From the NCBI GenBank assembly GCA_963666565.1, contig OY762911.1, positions 96,001 to 160,000 on the forward strand: a stretch of DNA of 64,000 bases, given 5' to 3'. The position numbers and the translations under genes were made by a program. Positions 12,458 to 21,103 of the stretch are shown piece by piece. Below the pieces are notes generated by a model. That model had not been told where the DNA came from. It was given only the letters and a program-made list of their open reading frames with translations, and ran no database searches. Positions within the stretch are counted from its first letter, which is position 1, and each line of letters starts with the position of its first letter. The DNA is from Thermoanaerobaculia bacterium (GTDB lineage Bacteria > Acidobacteriota > Thermoanaerobaculia > Multivoradales > Multivoraceae).

Positions 12458-12700
12458 ATGACGCGCTACGTGAAGATAGGCGAGGCCAAGACCCACCTCT
12501 CGGCGCTGCTGGCGAAGGTGGAGGCGGGCGAGGACCTGATCATCTGCCGCGGGTCGAAGCCGATCGCCCGCGTGGCGGCGCACGTCGACGCCGACGAACA
12601 CGCCGCACTGTGCGCGACGATGCGGCGGGAACGCGCCAAACAGCAGAGCGTGACGACCTCGGAGATCCTGTCCTGGCGGCACGAGGGACACGAACGCTGA
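12458..12700 (+). CDS. Phd/YefM-family antitoxin
   Basis: V.I.EAK..LS.LL..VE.GE...I.R...P.A; TGATG overlap with toxin. Confidence 0.9.
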   Translation: MTRYVKIGEAKTHLSALLAKVEAGEDLIICRGSKPIARVAAHVDADEHAALCATMRRERAKQQSVTTSEILSWRHEGHER

Positions 12701-13101
12701 TGACCTTCGTGCCTGACGCCTCGGTCGCGGCCACGTGGGTGCTGCCGGACGAAGAAGCGGCGCTCGCGGATCTGGCCCTGGATCGGCTGGGCGTCGAGAA
12801 CGCGACCGTCCCGGACGTGTTCTGGCACGAACTGCGGAATCTCCTGCTGTCGGCCGAACGTCGAGGCCGCATCGACGGCCGCCACGCCGACGCCTCCATG
12901 TCGCGGCTGCGCAGGCTCCGTATCCGCTGCGCCGCTGAGACGGACGATCGACACGTCATGACGCTGGCGCGCGAACACGGCCTGACCGCCTACGACGCCA
13001 GCTACCTGGCCCTGGCGATTCGCGAAGGCTGCGCTCTGGCAAGTCTGGACCGCCGCTTGACCGAAGCGGCCGCCGCCGAAGGCGTGGCGATCCTCGCTTA
13101 G
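12700..13101 (+). CDS. vapC: PIN-domain toxin
   Basis: DAS, E..N, LTAYDASYL.LA, LASLD..L. Confidence 0.9.
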   Translation: MTFVPDASVAATWVLPDEEAALADLALDRLGVENATVPDVFWHELRNLLLSAERRGRIDGRHADASMSRLRRLRIRCAAETDDRHVMTLAREHGLTAYDASYLALAIREGCALASLDRRLTEAAAAEGVAILA

Positions 13102-13234
13102 GCTCAAGTCGAAAGCAGCCCCAGCCGGCGCCTCACACGTCCAACCGCTGCCGCCGTGCCGCTTCCGAGTCCCAGAAGCGGCCGCGGAGGCCGCGCGGCC
13201 ACATGATCGATCACGAGACGGGGCGGGTTCTGGG

Positions 13235-13481
13235 CTAGTAGATGCGCTTGATGTCCCCGTGCCAAGGCCGGGTAGCGACGACCAGGCCGCGATGGCCGTC
13301 TCGCAGCAGTTCGGAGCGGTCGATACGCTCGATCGTCGCGACCCATGCGCGCCCGGTTCCGCGTGCGGACGCGCACGAGGTCGCCAACGGCGGGCGAGTC
13401 GTCGGCGTCGCAGGCGATCAAGGCTCCCCACTCTCCGGAACTCAGTTTCCGGGGCCGCCCGTGCCATCCGTTTAGGGTGAC
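13235..13481 (-). pseudogene. Frameshifted small phage-like gene remnant
   Basis: Two coding-like halves joined by a 1-nt shift near 13357; RBS-like AAGGAAG but no start codon. Confidence 0.4.
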
Positions 13482-13589
13482 TTCCTTCGCGAAGTGCCTG
13501 GCGGCGAGTTGGCCCACGCTCGACCAAGCGAGCCTTCGAGCCCCTTGGCATGACGAGCTCGCTCTGGCGGGACCGGCAGAAGTCCGGAT

Positions 13590-13614
13590 GCCGGCGGGGA
13601 CGCCGGCGCACCCG
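13590..13614 (-). repeat. REP-like hairpin (stem GCCGGCG)
   Basis: CGGGTGC-GCCGGCG-TCCC-CGCCGGC on minus strand, just after the SDR stop. Confidence 0.7.
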
Positions 13615-13620
13615 GTGTGT

Positions 13621-14403
13621 TCAGCCGATGTCGCCGGTGTTCCCGGCCATCAGCCGGATCGCCGCCTTGCGCGGCAGCAGTCGCGTAAGCAGCACGGCGA
13701 CCAGCCGGTTGACGAGTCCCGGCACAAACCGCGGACCCTTGCCGAGAGCATCCAGGGTTCGCCGCGCCACCGCGTCGGGCTCGAGCATGCCGGGCACCCG
13801 GTCCTTGCCCGAGCGCTTGTAGCCCGGCGTGGGAACGGCGCCGGCGCAGCAGGCCACAACATCGATGCCCTGCTCGCGGAGCTCCTGCCACAGGCCCTCG
13901 CCGAGGACCGTGTTGAAGGCCTTCGTCGCGGCGTAGGCAGCAACCCGCGCCGTCCCCTGCAGGCCCGCCAGCGAGGACATCAGGATCACCGCGCCACGGC
14001 CGCGCCGCTCGAGCCCCGGCAGCAGCGTGCGCAGCATGACGACCGGCGCCCGGACGTTGACGTCGACGGCGCGTTCGAGCGCCTCGGCGCCGGCGTCGAC
14101 GAAACGCCCCACCGGCACGAAGGCGGCGTTGTAGACGAGCACGCCCAGGTCGAGGTCCGAGGTGGCGCCAGCCAGCGCACCTGCGAGATCGGGACTGACG
14201 AGATCCATCGCAAGCGGCCGCACCTCGACGCCGTATCGCTCGCGAAGCCTGTCCGCGAGGTCCACCAGCAACGACTCGCGCCGGGCGATCAGCACCAGGT
14301 CCAAACCTCGCTCGGCGAGGCGCTCCGCGAACGAGGCGCCGAGACCCTCCGACGCGCCAGCGACGAGTGCCCAGCCCCCGTAACGGTCGCGGAACGAGTT
14401 CAC
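13621..14403 (-). CDS. Short-chain dehydrogenase/reductase
   Basis: AGASEGLG, YNAA, YAATK. Confidence 0.92.
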   Translation of the reverse strand: MNSFRDRYGGWALVAGASEGLGASFAERLAERGLDLVLIARRESLLVDLADRLRERYGVEVRPLAMDLVSPDLAGALAGATSDLDLGVLVYNAAFVPVGRFVDAGAEALERAVDVNVRAPVVMLRTLLPGLERRGRGAVILMSSLAGLQGTARVAAYAATKAFNTVLGEGLWQELREQGIDVVACCAGAVPTPGYKRSGKDRVPGMLEPDAVARRTLDALGKGPRFVPGLVNRLVAVLLTRLLPRKAAIRLMAGNTGDIG

Positions 14404-14486
14404 GCCGCCACCGGGTCCGCGAACGCCTCCGCTACGCTGCGGTGCCGACGCTCGCTATCCGAAGGACTCACCATGGAGACTCGATC

Positions 14487-16316
14487 GTGAGGCTAGCAAC
14501 GTCTCTTCCCGGTGTTCTGCTGTTCGCGCTAGAGGCGACCGCGGTCGCCCAGCCGCCGAACGTCGTCATCGTGATGACGGACGATCAGGGCTACGGCGAA
14601 CTGTCCGCCCACGGCAACCCCGTGCTCGAGACGCCGCATCTCGACCGGCTGCGCGGCGAGAGCGTCCGCCTGGACGACTTCCACGTCGCGCCGATGTGCA
14701 CGCCGACCCGCGGGCAACTGCTGACCGGCATGGACGCCGCCCGCAACGGCGCGATCAACGTCAGCAGCGGCCGCGCGCTCCTGCGGCCGGAGATCCCGAC
14801 GATGGCCGACATCTTCGCCGAGGCCGGCTACCGGACCGGGGTGTTCGGCAAGTGGCATCTCGGCGACAACTATCCCTTCCGGCCGGAGGATCGCGGCTTC
14901 CACGAGACGGTGTGGTTCCCCTCCTCCCACATCGGCTCGGTGCCCGACTTCTGGGGCAACGACTACTTCGACGACACCTACATCCGCAACGGCGGGCGAG
15001 AGGCGTTCGAGGGGTACTGCACGGACGTCTTCTTCGACGAAGCGATCGACTTCATGCGGCGCTCGGCGGAGTCCGGGACGCCCTTCCTGTCCTACATCGC
15101 TCCGAACACGCCGCACGGCCCGCTGATCGCGAAGGAGGAGGACGAAGCCGCGCTGGCGGCCGCGCTCGCCCGGCCGGAGTTCGCCGACATGAGCACGGCG
15201 CTGAAGACCAGGCTGAGCAGGTACCTGGGGATGGTCCGCAACATCGACACGAACATGGGCAAGCTCGCCGAGTTCCTGGAGGACGAGGAGCTCCGGGCGA
15301 ACACCATCGTCATCTTCATGACGGACAACGGCAGCACCCACGGCCCGCTCTACTTCAACGCCGGCATGCGCGGCATGAAGACCGAACTCTGGGAAGGCGG
15401 CCACCGCGTGCCGTTCTTCATCAGTTGGCCGAACGGCGACCTGGCGGACCCGCGGGATGTGACCGGCCTGACCCAGGTTCAGGACGTCCTGCCGACGCTT
15501 CTCGACCTCGCCGGAATCGAAACGCCGGCAGCCGCGAACTTCAACGGCATGAGCCTGGCGCCCGTGCTGCGCGGAGACGCCGGCGTTCCCGAAGACCGCA
15601 TGCTCATCGTCAACTACAGCCGCATGCCGTCCGGGTTCAACTACCCCTCGCCGTACACGCAGTCGATCCTCACGCGAAGCCACGCGGGCGTCCTGTGGAA
15701 GCAATGGCGCCTGCTGGAGGACCGCGAGCTCTACGATCTGGCATCCGATCCGCTGCAGACCACGAACGTGATCGACCGGCACCCTGAAGTCGTCGCCAGG
15801 ATGCGGGACCATCTCTACGAGTGGTGGGACGAGGTGGCCCCGACCGCCAACGAGCCCCAGCGGATCGTCATCGGCGACGACATCGAGAACCCGATGATGC
15901 TGACCGGCTGCGAGTGGCTCGACGTGTTCGTCGATCAGCAGGCGCAGGTCCGGCGCGGCACCCGGAAGACCGGCTACTGGCTGCTCGAGGTGGCCGAAGC
16001 GGGCGAGTACGAGTTCGCGCTCCGGCGCTGGCCCAGGGAGATCGACGTGCCGCTCACGGCGGCGCCCGAGGGCGGCACGGCGCTGCCCATCTCTTCGGCC
16101 CGCCTGTTCATCAGCGACCACCACCACCTGGACATCGGCGACAAGAGGCCCTACGGCTTCGAGGGGCTCACGACGCGGGTCGGCCCGGATGACACGGAGG
16201 CCACCTTCACGGTGACCCTGCCCGAGGGTCCCATGGCCCTGCACACATGGTTCGAGGAAGGGCGCGAGGTCATCGCGAGCGCCTACTACGTGTACGTGAC
16301 ACGGAAGAGCCGCTGA
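14487..16316 (+). CDS. Formylglycine-dependent arylsulfatase, secreted
   Basis: PNVVIVMTDDQGYG, CTPTR (CxPxR), GKWHLG, TDNG; GGAG before GTG 14487. Confidence 0.93.
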   Translation: MRLATSLPGVLLFALEATAVAQPPNVVIVMTDDQGYGELSAHGNPVLETPHLDRLRGESVRLDDFHVAPMCTPTRGQLLTGMDAARNGAINVSSGRALLRPEIPTMADIFAEAGYRTGVFGKWHLGDNYPFRPEDRGFHETVWFPSSHIGSVPDFWGNDYFDDTYIRNGGREAFEGYCTDVFFDEAIDFMRRSAESGTPFLSYIAPNTPHGPLIAKEEDEAALAAALARPEFADMSTALKTRLSRYLGMVRNIDTNMGKLAEFLEDEELRANTIVIFMTDNGSTHGPLYFNAGMRGMKTELWEGGHRVPFFISWPNGDLADPRDVTGLTQVQDVLPTLLDLAGIETPAAANFNGMSLAPVLRGDAGVPEDRMLIVNYSRMPSGFNYPSPYTQSILTRSHAGVLWKQWRLLEDRELYDLASDPLQTTNVIDRHPEVVARMRDHLYEWWDEVAPTANEPQRIVIGDDIENPMMLTGCEWLDVFVDQQAQVRRGTRKTGYWLLEVAEAGEYEFALRRWPREIDVPLTAAPEGGTALPISSARLFISDHHHLDIGDKRPYGFEGLTTRVGPDDTEATFTVTLPEGPMALHTWFEEGREVIASAYYVYVTRKSR

Positions 16317-16320
16317 CGCA

Positions 16321-16650
16321 TCAATCGAACTCCAGCCGGGCGGAACCCTTCGTCAACCAGTCCTGGCCCCCGAAAGCGACAAGCGCGATGTACAGGCAGT
16401 GTGCATCCGCATCCGGGCGGAAAACGACTGTGATCCTGTAGTCCCGTCCGCCGTGGCGCACCAGCCAACCTTCGAGCGGACCGGACAGGCGAACCCCGGA
16501 AAACGGGTTTCCCGCGATGTCGTTCAGCAGGGCGTCGATCTCATCGAGCCGACGCTCCGCCGCGGCGACATTTCCATCCGTGGTTTCGACGATGTGCTCG
16601 GCTATTGCGACGATGTCCCGATCGACCAGAGGATGCCGAATCTGACGCAT
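16321..16650 (-). CDS. ParE/RelE-family toxin
   Basis: HP.V..D...I..HI...AA..L..I....I..NP.SG pattern; lies downstream of an RHH antitoxin. Confidence 0.75.
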   Translation of the reverse strand: MRQIRHPLVDRDIVAIAEHIVETTDGNVAAAERRLDEIDALLNDIAGNPFSGVRLSGPLEGWLVRHGGRDYRITVVFRPDADAHCLYIALVAFGGQDWLTKGSARLEFD

Positions 16651-16696
16651 CACCCCCGCAAGGCCTTGTCTTTCACCTCCGCAAGGCCTTGTCTTT
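16651..16696. repeat. 23-bp tandem duplication between antitoxin and toxin
   Basis: CACCCCCGCAAGGCCTTGTCTTT / CACCTCCGCAAGGCCTTGTCTTT, one mismatch. Confidence 0.9.
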
Positions 16697-16966
16697 CGAC
16701 TCGGTGAGCTTTCGCAGATGGACGCGAGCGCCTCTTGTCACTTCATCGAGCGCGCCAACAGGCATCCACTGGTCCGTGGGCAGGCGCAGGCGGCGTTCGA
16801 CCTCGGCGCCCAGAAGCAGCCGCTCGCGGTCGCGGATCGCCTTTGCCCGCGCGAGTTCTCCGGAAACCGCCGCGCTGACGTTCGCGTACTCGCCTTCTTC
16901 GACCAGTTGCCGGGCGAACGCGAATGCCGATTCGGTGAAGGAGACGCTCTGCTTGCGGACGGTCAT
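16673..16966 (-). CDS. ParD-like ribbon-helix-helix antitoxin
   Basis: K.SVSFT......A..LV..G.Y..VS..V. Confidence 0.8.
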   Translation of the reverse strand: MTVRKQSVSFTESAFAFARQLVEEGEYANVSAAVSGELARAKAIRDRERLLLGAEVERRLRLPTDQWMPVGALDEVTRGARVHLRKLTESKDKALRR

Positions 16967-16985
16967 CAACGACGCCTCTCGTCTC

Positions 16986-17004
16986 GGTGCTCCATTGGAG
17001 CACC
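16986..17004. promoter_or_regulatory. Candidate TA operator palindrome
   Basis: GGTGCTCCA-T-TGGAGCACC with perfect 9-bp arms, overlapping a TATGGT -10-like box on the minus strand. Confidence 0.6.
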
Positions 17005-17109
17005 ATAGCGCAGGGGCGCGATTCCCGCAATCTCCACCGGCGGGGCCGCCCGCGCCGGGGGACGCGGCAAGTCCACCTCCCGTTCGGAAGCGGCGGGTAT
17101 GATCGGGGC

Positions 17110-17214
17110 ATGGCTGCGCCGTTCGACACACTCGCCGCCAGCGACGCGCTGGAAGCCACCGGCATGGTAGCGCCCGCCGGCCCGGCCGTGGCGGCTTTCG
17201 CGCTCCTGCCTTGA
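17110..17214 (+). pseudogene. Truncated DUF1640-like N-terminal remnant
   Basis: MAAPFDTLAASDALEATGM; TATGAT 6 nt upstream; only 34 codons. Confidence 0.45.
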
Positions 17215-20201
17215 AAGTTCGGCCGCTCGGCGCGGGTTTGGCGCTTGCCTGGCTGGCGGCCGTCGGAACGGACGCCGGCGCCTCGGAGATCGATCCCGCC
17301 GACCTTGAGTTCTTCGAGTCGAAGATCCGGCCGGTCCTGGTCGAGCGCTGCTACCAGTGTCACGGCGCCGATCCGAAGCGGCTACGCGGCGGACTGATCC
17401 TGCTCAACGCGGAAGGAGTGCTTGCCGGCGGCGACAGCGGCGCGGTGATCGTGCCGGGATCGCCCGAGGAGAGCCTGCTGATCGAGGCGCTCCACTACGA
17501 GGGTCTCACCCAAATGCCGCCGGACGGCAAGCTGCCGGCGCATGTCATCGCCGACTTCGAGCAGTGGATCCGGCGCGGCGCGCCCGACCCGCGTACCGGC
17601 GGGGAACAGACGGTGGTCGCCACGAGATCGGCCGAGACGTTCGACTACGGCCCCGGCCGCGAGCACTGGGCCTTCCGCCGGGTCGAAGACCCCTCCCTGC
17701 CCGAAGTCGAGAACGAGGCCTGGCTCAGCCATGATCTCGACCGCTTCATCCTCTCGCGTCTCGAGGAGCGAGGCCTGGCGCCGGTAGCCGCGGCCGACAG
17801 GCGCACGCTGCTGCGCCGAGCCACCTTCGACCTGATTGGCCTGCCCCCGTCGGAAGCGGAGATCGAGGACTTCCTCGCCGACGAGAGCTCGGACGCCTTC
17901 GCGAAGGTTGTCGACCGGCTGCTCGCCTCGCCCCACTACGGCGAACGCTGGGGACGCCACTGGCTCGACGTCGCCCGCTACGCCGACTCGAACGGGCTGG
18001 ACGAGAACATCGCCTTCCCCAACGCCTTCCGCTACCGCGACTACGTCGTCGACGCCCTGAACCGCGACAAGCCCTTCGACCGCTTCGTCCGCGAGCAGAT
18101 CGCCGGCGACCTGATGCCGGCCGAAACCGACGCGCAACGCTTCGAACAGATCGTCGCCACCGGCTTCCTCATGCTGGGCCCCAAGGTGCTCGCCGAGCAG
18201 GACGTCGACAAGATGCTGATCGACATCGTCGACGAGCAGGTCAACACCCTGGGCCGCGCCTTTCTCGCGCTGCCGGTCGGCTGCGCCCGCTGCCACGACC
18301 ACAAGTTCGACCCGATCCCCACGGCCGACTACTACGCGATGGCCGGCATCCTGCGCTCGACCGAGACGATGAGCAACGCCGCCGGCATGCGCTGGCTGGA
18401 GCGGCCGCTGGCGCCGGAAGACGAGATCGCCGAGTACGAGGCGGCGCAAGAGTTGGTCGCCGAAGCGCGGGAGAAGGTCGACGAGGTGGTCCGCGAGCAG
18501 AACGACGTCCTGCGCGGTCCGCGGCGCGCGGCCCTCGCCGACTACCTGCTCGCCGCGGAGGAGGCCTACCCGAGCTGGAGCGACGACGAGGCGAAGCAGA
18601 ACGAAGCGCGCGAGACGATCGCCAAAGTCGCCGGAAGCCGGGGACTGGAGCCGCCGGTCCTCGAACGCTGGGTCAGGGCCTTCTACCGATACCGGGAGGG
18701 CCCGCCGGTCGAAGGGGACGCCCCGAGCCCGAGCACCGTCTTCGTCATCTGGAACGCCTACGCCGCCGCCTCGCCCGATCGCTACGAGCAGGTCACCGAA
18801 GACCTCCGGGCGCTCATCGCCTCGGAGAAGGTGCTGACGGCGCCCCTCACCCGAAGCCTCGTCCGCGGACCGGCGCCGAAGACGCTGGAGGAGGTCGCCT
18901 GGCGCTACGCGAGCCTGTTCGCGACGATCGAGATCGCCTGGGAGGAGCACCTCATGCGACTCGGGCTCAAGGACGAGGACGACCTCGCGCCCTCGGACTT
19001 CAGGCTGCCGCGCGAGCAGGAGGAGCTGCGATGGCTGGTCTACGACGGCTACTTCTGCATCCTCTGCCTCGACCGGGAAGAGGAGGAGAAGCTCTACCCG
19101 CCGGAGGCCCTGGAGCGGCTCGCCGATCTGCGCGACGAAGTCGAACGCCTGGAGGAAGCGTCGCCCCCCGCGCCGCCGTACGCCATGGCGGTGGACGAGA
19201 CCGCAGCGGTCGACCTGCCGGTACACATCCGCGGCAGCCACATGAACCTCGCCGACGAACCGGAGCCGCGCGGCTTCCTGAAGGTCACGGACCACCTCGT
19301 GCCTCCCCCGCCAGTCGCCGCCGACACCAGCGGCCGACTCGAGCTGGCACGCTGGATCACCCACCCGGAGCACCCGCTCACCGCCCGCGTCATCGTCAAC
19401 CGCGTGTGGCACTGGCACTTCGGCCGCGGCATCGTCGACACGCCGAGCAACTTCGGCGCGATCGGCAGCGTTCCCAGTCACCCTGAGCTTCTCGACTGGT
19501 TGGCGCGCCGCTTCGTCGAGGGCGGCTGGTCGCTCAAGGACCTGCACCGAGACATCATGCTGTCGAGCACCTACCGGTTGTCAAGCGACTACGACGCCGC
19601 CAACGCCGCCGTCGACGAGGAGAACCGCCTCCTCTGGCGCATGAACCGGAGACGCCTCGAGGTCGAACCGATTCGCGACGCTCTGCTGCAGCTCGCCGGC
19701 CAGCTCGACCTGGCGATCGGTGGACGGGTGGAGGAGTACAACGCCCGGGGATACGTCTTCGGCGAGTACGGCCCACTCGACCGGGTCGACATCTACGACG
19801 CACCGCGGCGTTCGATCTACATGCCGGTCGTGCGTACCGCGGTCTATCCGATCTTCGGCGGCTTCGACTTCGGCGACGCCAGCGACTCGGTCGGCGATCG
19901 ATCCGAGACGGTCGTGCCGCGGCAGGCGCTTCTGATGATGAACAGCCCCTTCGTCGAAGAGGCGGCGCTCGGCTTCGCAAGGCAACTGCTGGAGATCGAG
20001 GACGCCGACGCCCCGGACCGCATCGACACCGCCTTCGTCCGCGCCTACGGCCGGCCGGCCGACGACGTCGAGATCGCAGACAGCCTCGCCTTCCTCGACG
20101 AGATGCGCAGCCAGCCGCCGGCAGAGGACGCCGAGATCTACGCCTGGACGCGGCTCGCCCACGCCATCCTTGCGGCGAGCGAGTTCATCTACATCAACTG
20201 A
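17211..20201 (+). CDS. Planctomycete cytochrome c / DUF1549 / DUF1553 (PSD1) protein
   Basis: FFESKIRPVL..CYQCH, YGERWGRHWLDVARYADS, CARCHDHKFDPI, RVIVNRVW..HFGRGIV, HPELLDWLA. Confidence 0.95.
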   Translation: MKVRPLGAGLALAWLAAVGTDAGASEIDPADLEFFESKIRPVLVERCYQCHGADPKRLRGGLILLNAEGVLAGGDSGAVIVPGSPEESLLIEALHYEGLTQMPPDGKLPAHVIADFEQWIRRGAPDPRTGGEQTVVATRSAETFDYGPGREHWAFRRVEDPSLPEVENEAWLSHDLDRFILSRLEERGLAPVAAADRRTLLRRATFDLIGLPPSEAEIEDFLADESSDAFAKVVDRLLASPHYGERWGRHWLDVARYADSNGLDENIAFPNAFRYRDYVVDALNRDKPFDRFVREQIAGDLMPAETDAQRFEQIVATGFLMLGPKVLAEQDVDKMLIDIVDEQVNTLGRAFLALPVGCARCHDHKFDPIPTADYYAMAGILRSTETMSNAAGMRWLERPLAPEDEIAEYEAAQELVAEAREKVDEVVREQNDVLRGPRRAALADYLLAAEEAYPSWSDDEAKQNEARETIAKVAGSRGLEPPVLERWVRAFYRYREGPPVEGDAPSPSTVFVIWNAYAAASPDRYEQVTEDLRALIASEKVLTAPLTRSLVRGPAPKTLEEVAWRYASLFATIEIAWEEHLMRLGLKDEDDLAPSDFRLPREQEELRWLVYDGYFCILCLDREEEEKLYPPEALERLADLRDEVERLEEASPPAPPYAMAVDETAAVDLPVHIRGSHMNLADEPEPRGFLKVTDHLVPPPPVAADTSGRLELARWITHPEHPLTARVIVNRVWHWHFGRGIVDTPSNFGAIGSVPSHPELLDWLARRFVEGGWSLKDLHRDIMLSSTYRLSSDYDAANAAVDEENRLLWRMNRRRLEVEPIRDALLQLAGQLDLAIGGRVEEYNARGYVFGEYGPLDRVDIYDAPRRSIYMPVVRTAVYPIFGGFDFGDASDSVGDRSETVVPRQALLMMNSPFVEEAALGFARQLLEIEDADAPDRIDTAFVRAYGRPADDVEIADSLAFLDEMRSQPPAEDAEIYAWTRLAHAILAASEFIYIN

Positions 20202-20262
20202 ACTCGCTGAAGGCCGGAGGCTGTCGTGGAACGCGGTTTGCCGCGGCCCAACGACGAAGCCC

Positions 20263-20595
20263 TCAACGGCGGATCGACAGGCGTTCGGCGGCCAGGCGGT
20301 TCATGCTGACGCCTGCTTCGGCCGCTTCCATCGCCAGAGAGCGGTGGGTTTCGGGTGGAACGCGAAGAGTGAGGGTGCCGCTGTACCGTCGCGTGGCCAG
20401 GGGCTCCGGGATCGGATCGCCGTCCTCGCGCAGAGCGTTCACGGCGAACGCCACGACGTCCCTGATGCCCGCGAATGCCCCTTCAGGGGTGTCGTCCAGG
20501 TGGCTCAGCAACCCGAACTCCGCGCACAGGCCTACGTACATCTCATCTTCATCGGACCAGACGACCCGGTAGGCATAGCGGTCATGTCCATTCAT
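20263..20595 (-). CDS. hicB: HicB-family antitoxin
   Basis: Y.YRV.WS.ED..YVG...EF; YSG...LR.PP..H..L...A...GVS.N. Confidence 0.9.
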   Translation of the reverse strand: MNGHDRYAYRVVWSDEDEMYVGLCAEFGLLSHLDDTPEGAFAGIRDVVAFAVNALREDGDPIPEPLATRRYSGTLTLRVPPETHRSLAMEAAEAGVSMNRLAAERLSIRR

Positions 20596-20831
20596 GGCGA
20601 TTCCTCCTCCAGCTTGTCGATTGCCTTGACTACCTGTCGTACCTGATAGGGCTTGGCCATGCCCCTTACGGACTGGATGTTGACCAGCGGCTCACCCTGC
20701 CAGGGCGTCTTGTAGAACATGTGGCTGCCTCGGGTCCTGGGTTGCCCGAAGTGGCGGTCGCAGACCTTGCGGAGGTCATCGAACCGGACGTTCCGAGGGT
20801 TCTGCCTGATTCTCGCCAGCGTCTTGTCCAC
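20592..20831 (-). CDS. hicA: HicA-family toxin
   Basis: NP..VRF.DL...C...FG.PR..GSH, AKPYQVRQV; ATGA overlap with hicB. Confidence 0.88.
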   Translation of the reverse strand: MDKTLARIRQNPRNVRFDDLRKVCDRHFGQPRTRGSHMFYKTPWQGEPLVNIQSVRGMAKPYQVRQVVKAIDKLEEESP

Positions 20832-21103
20832 AGCGATCCAGCATGGTAGCAGTAGTGCAACCATTCTCCGTCCGCGAGTGCCGACCCGCGCCTGAACGGC
20901 GAACTCACCCGCCCTTGCGAGGCGCTCAGCCGTGCCCGGCCGAAACCCCGTAGCTCGCCGACCGGGACGAGGACAGCGACGCGGGGCTGGGTGCTATCGT
21001 CCAACCTGGCCGACGAGGTCGCCGGAACCGCATGGCGGCTGGTGCGCGTTTCGGCGAGACGACATGGTCGCAAGCCGCCGTCTGGCCACTCGGATCGCTG
21101 AGG

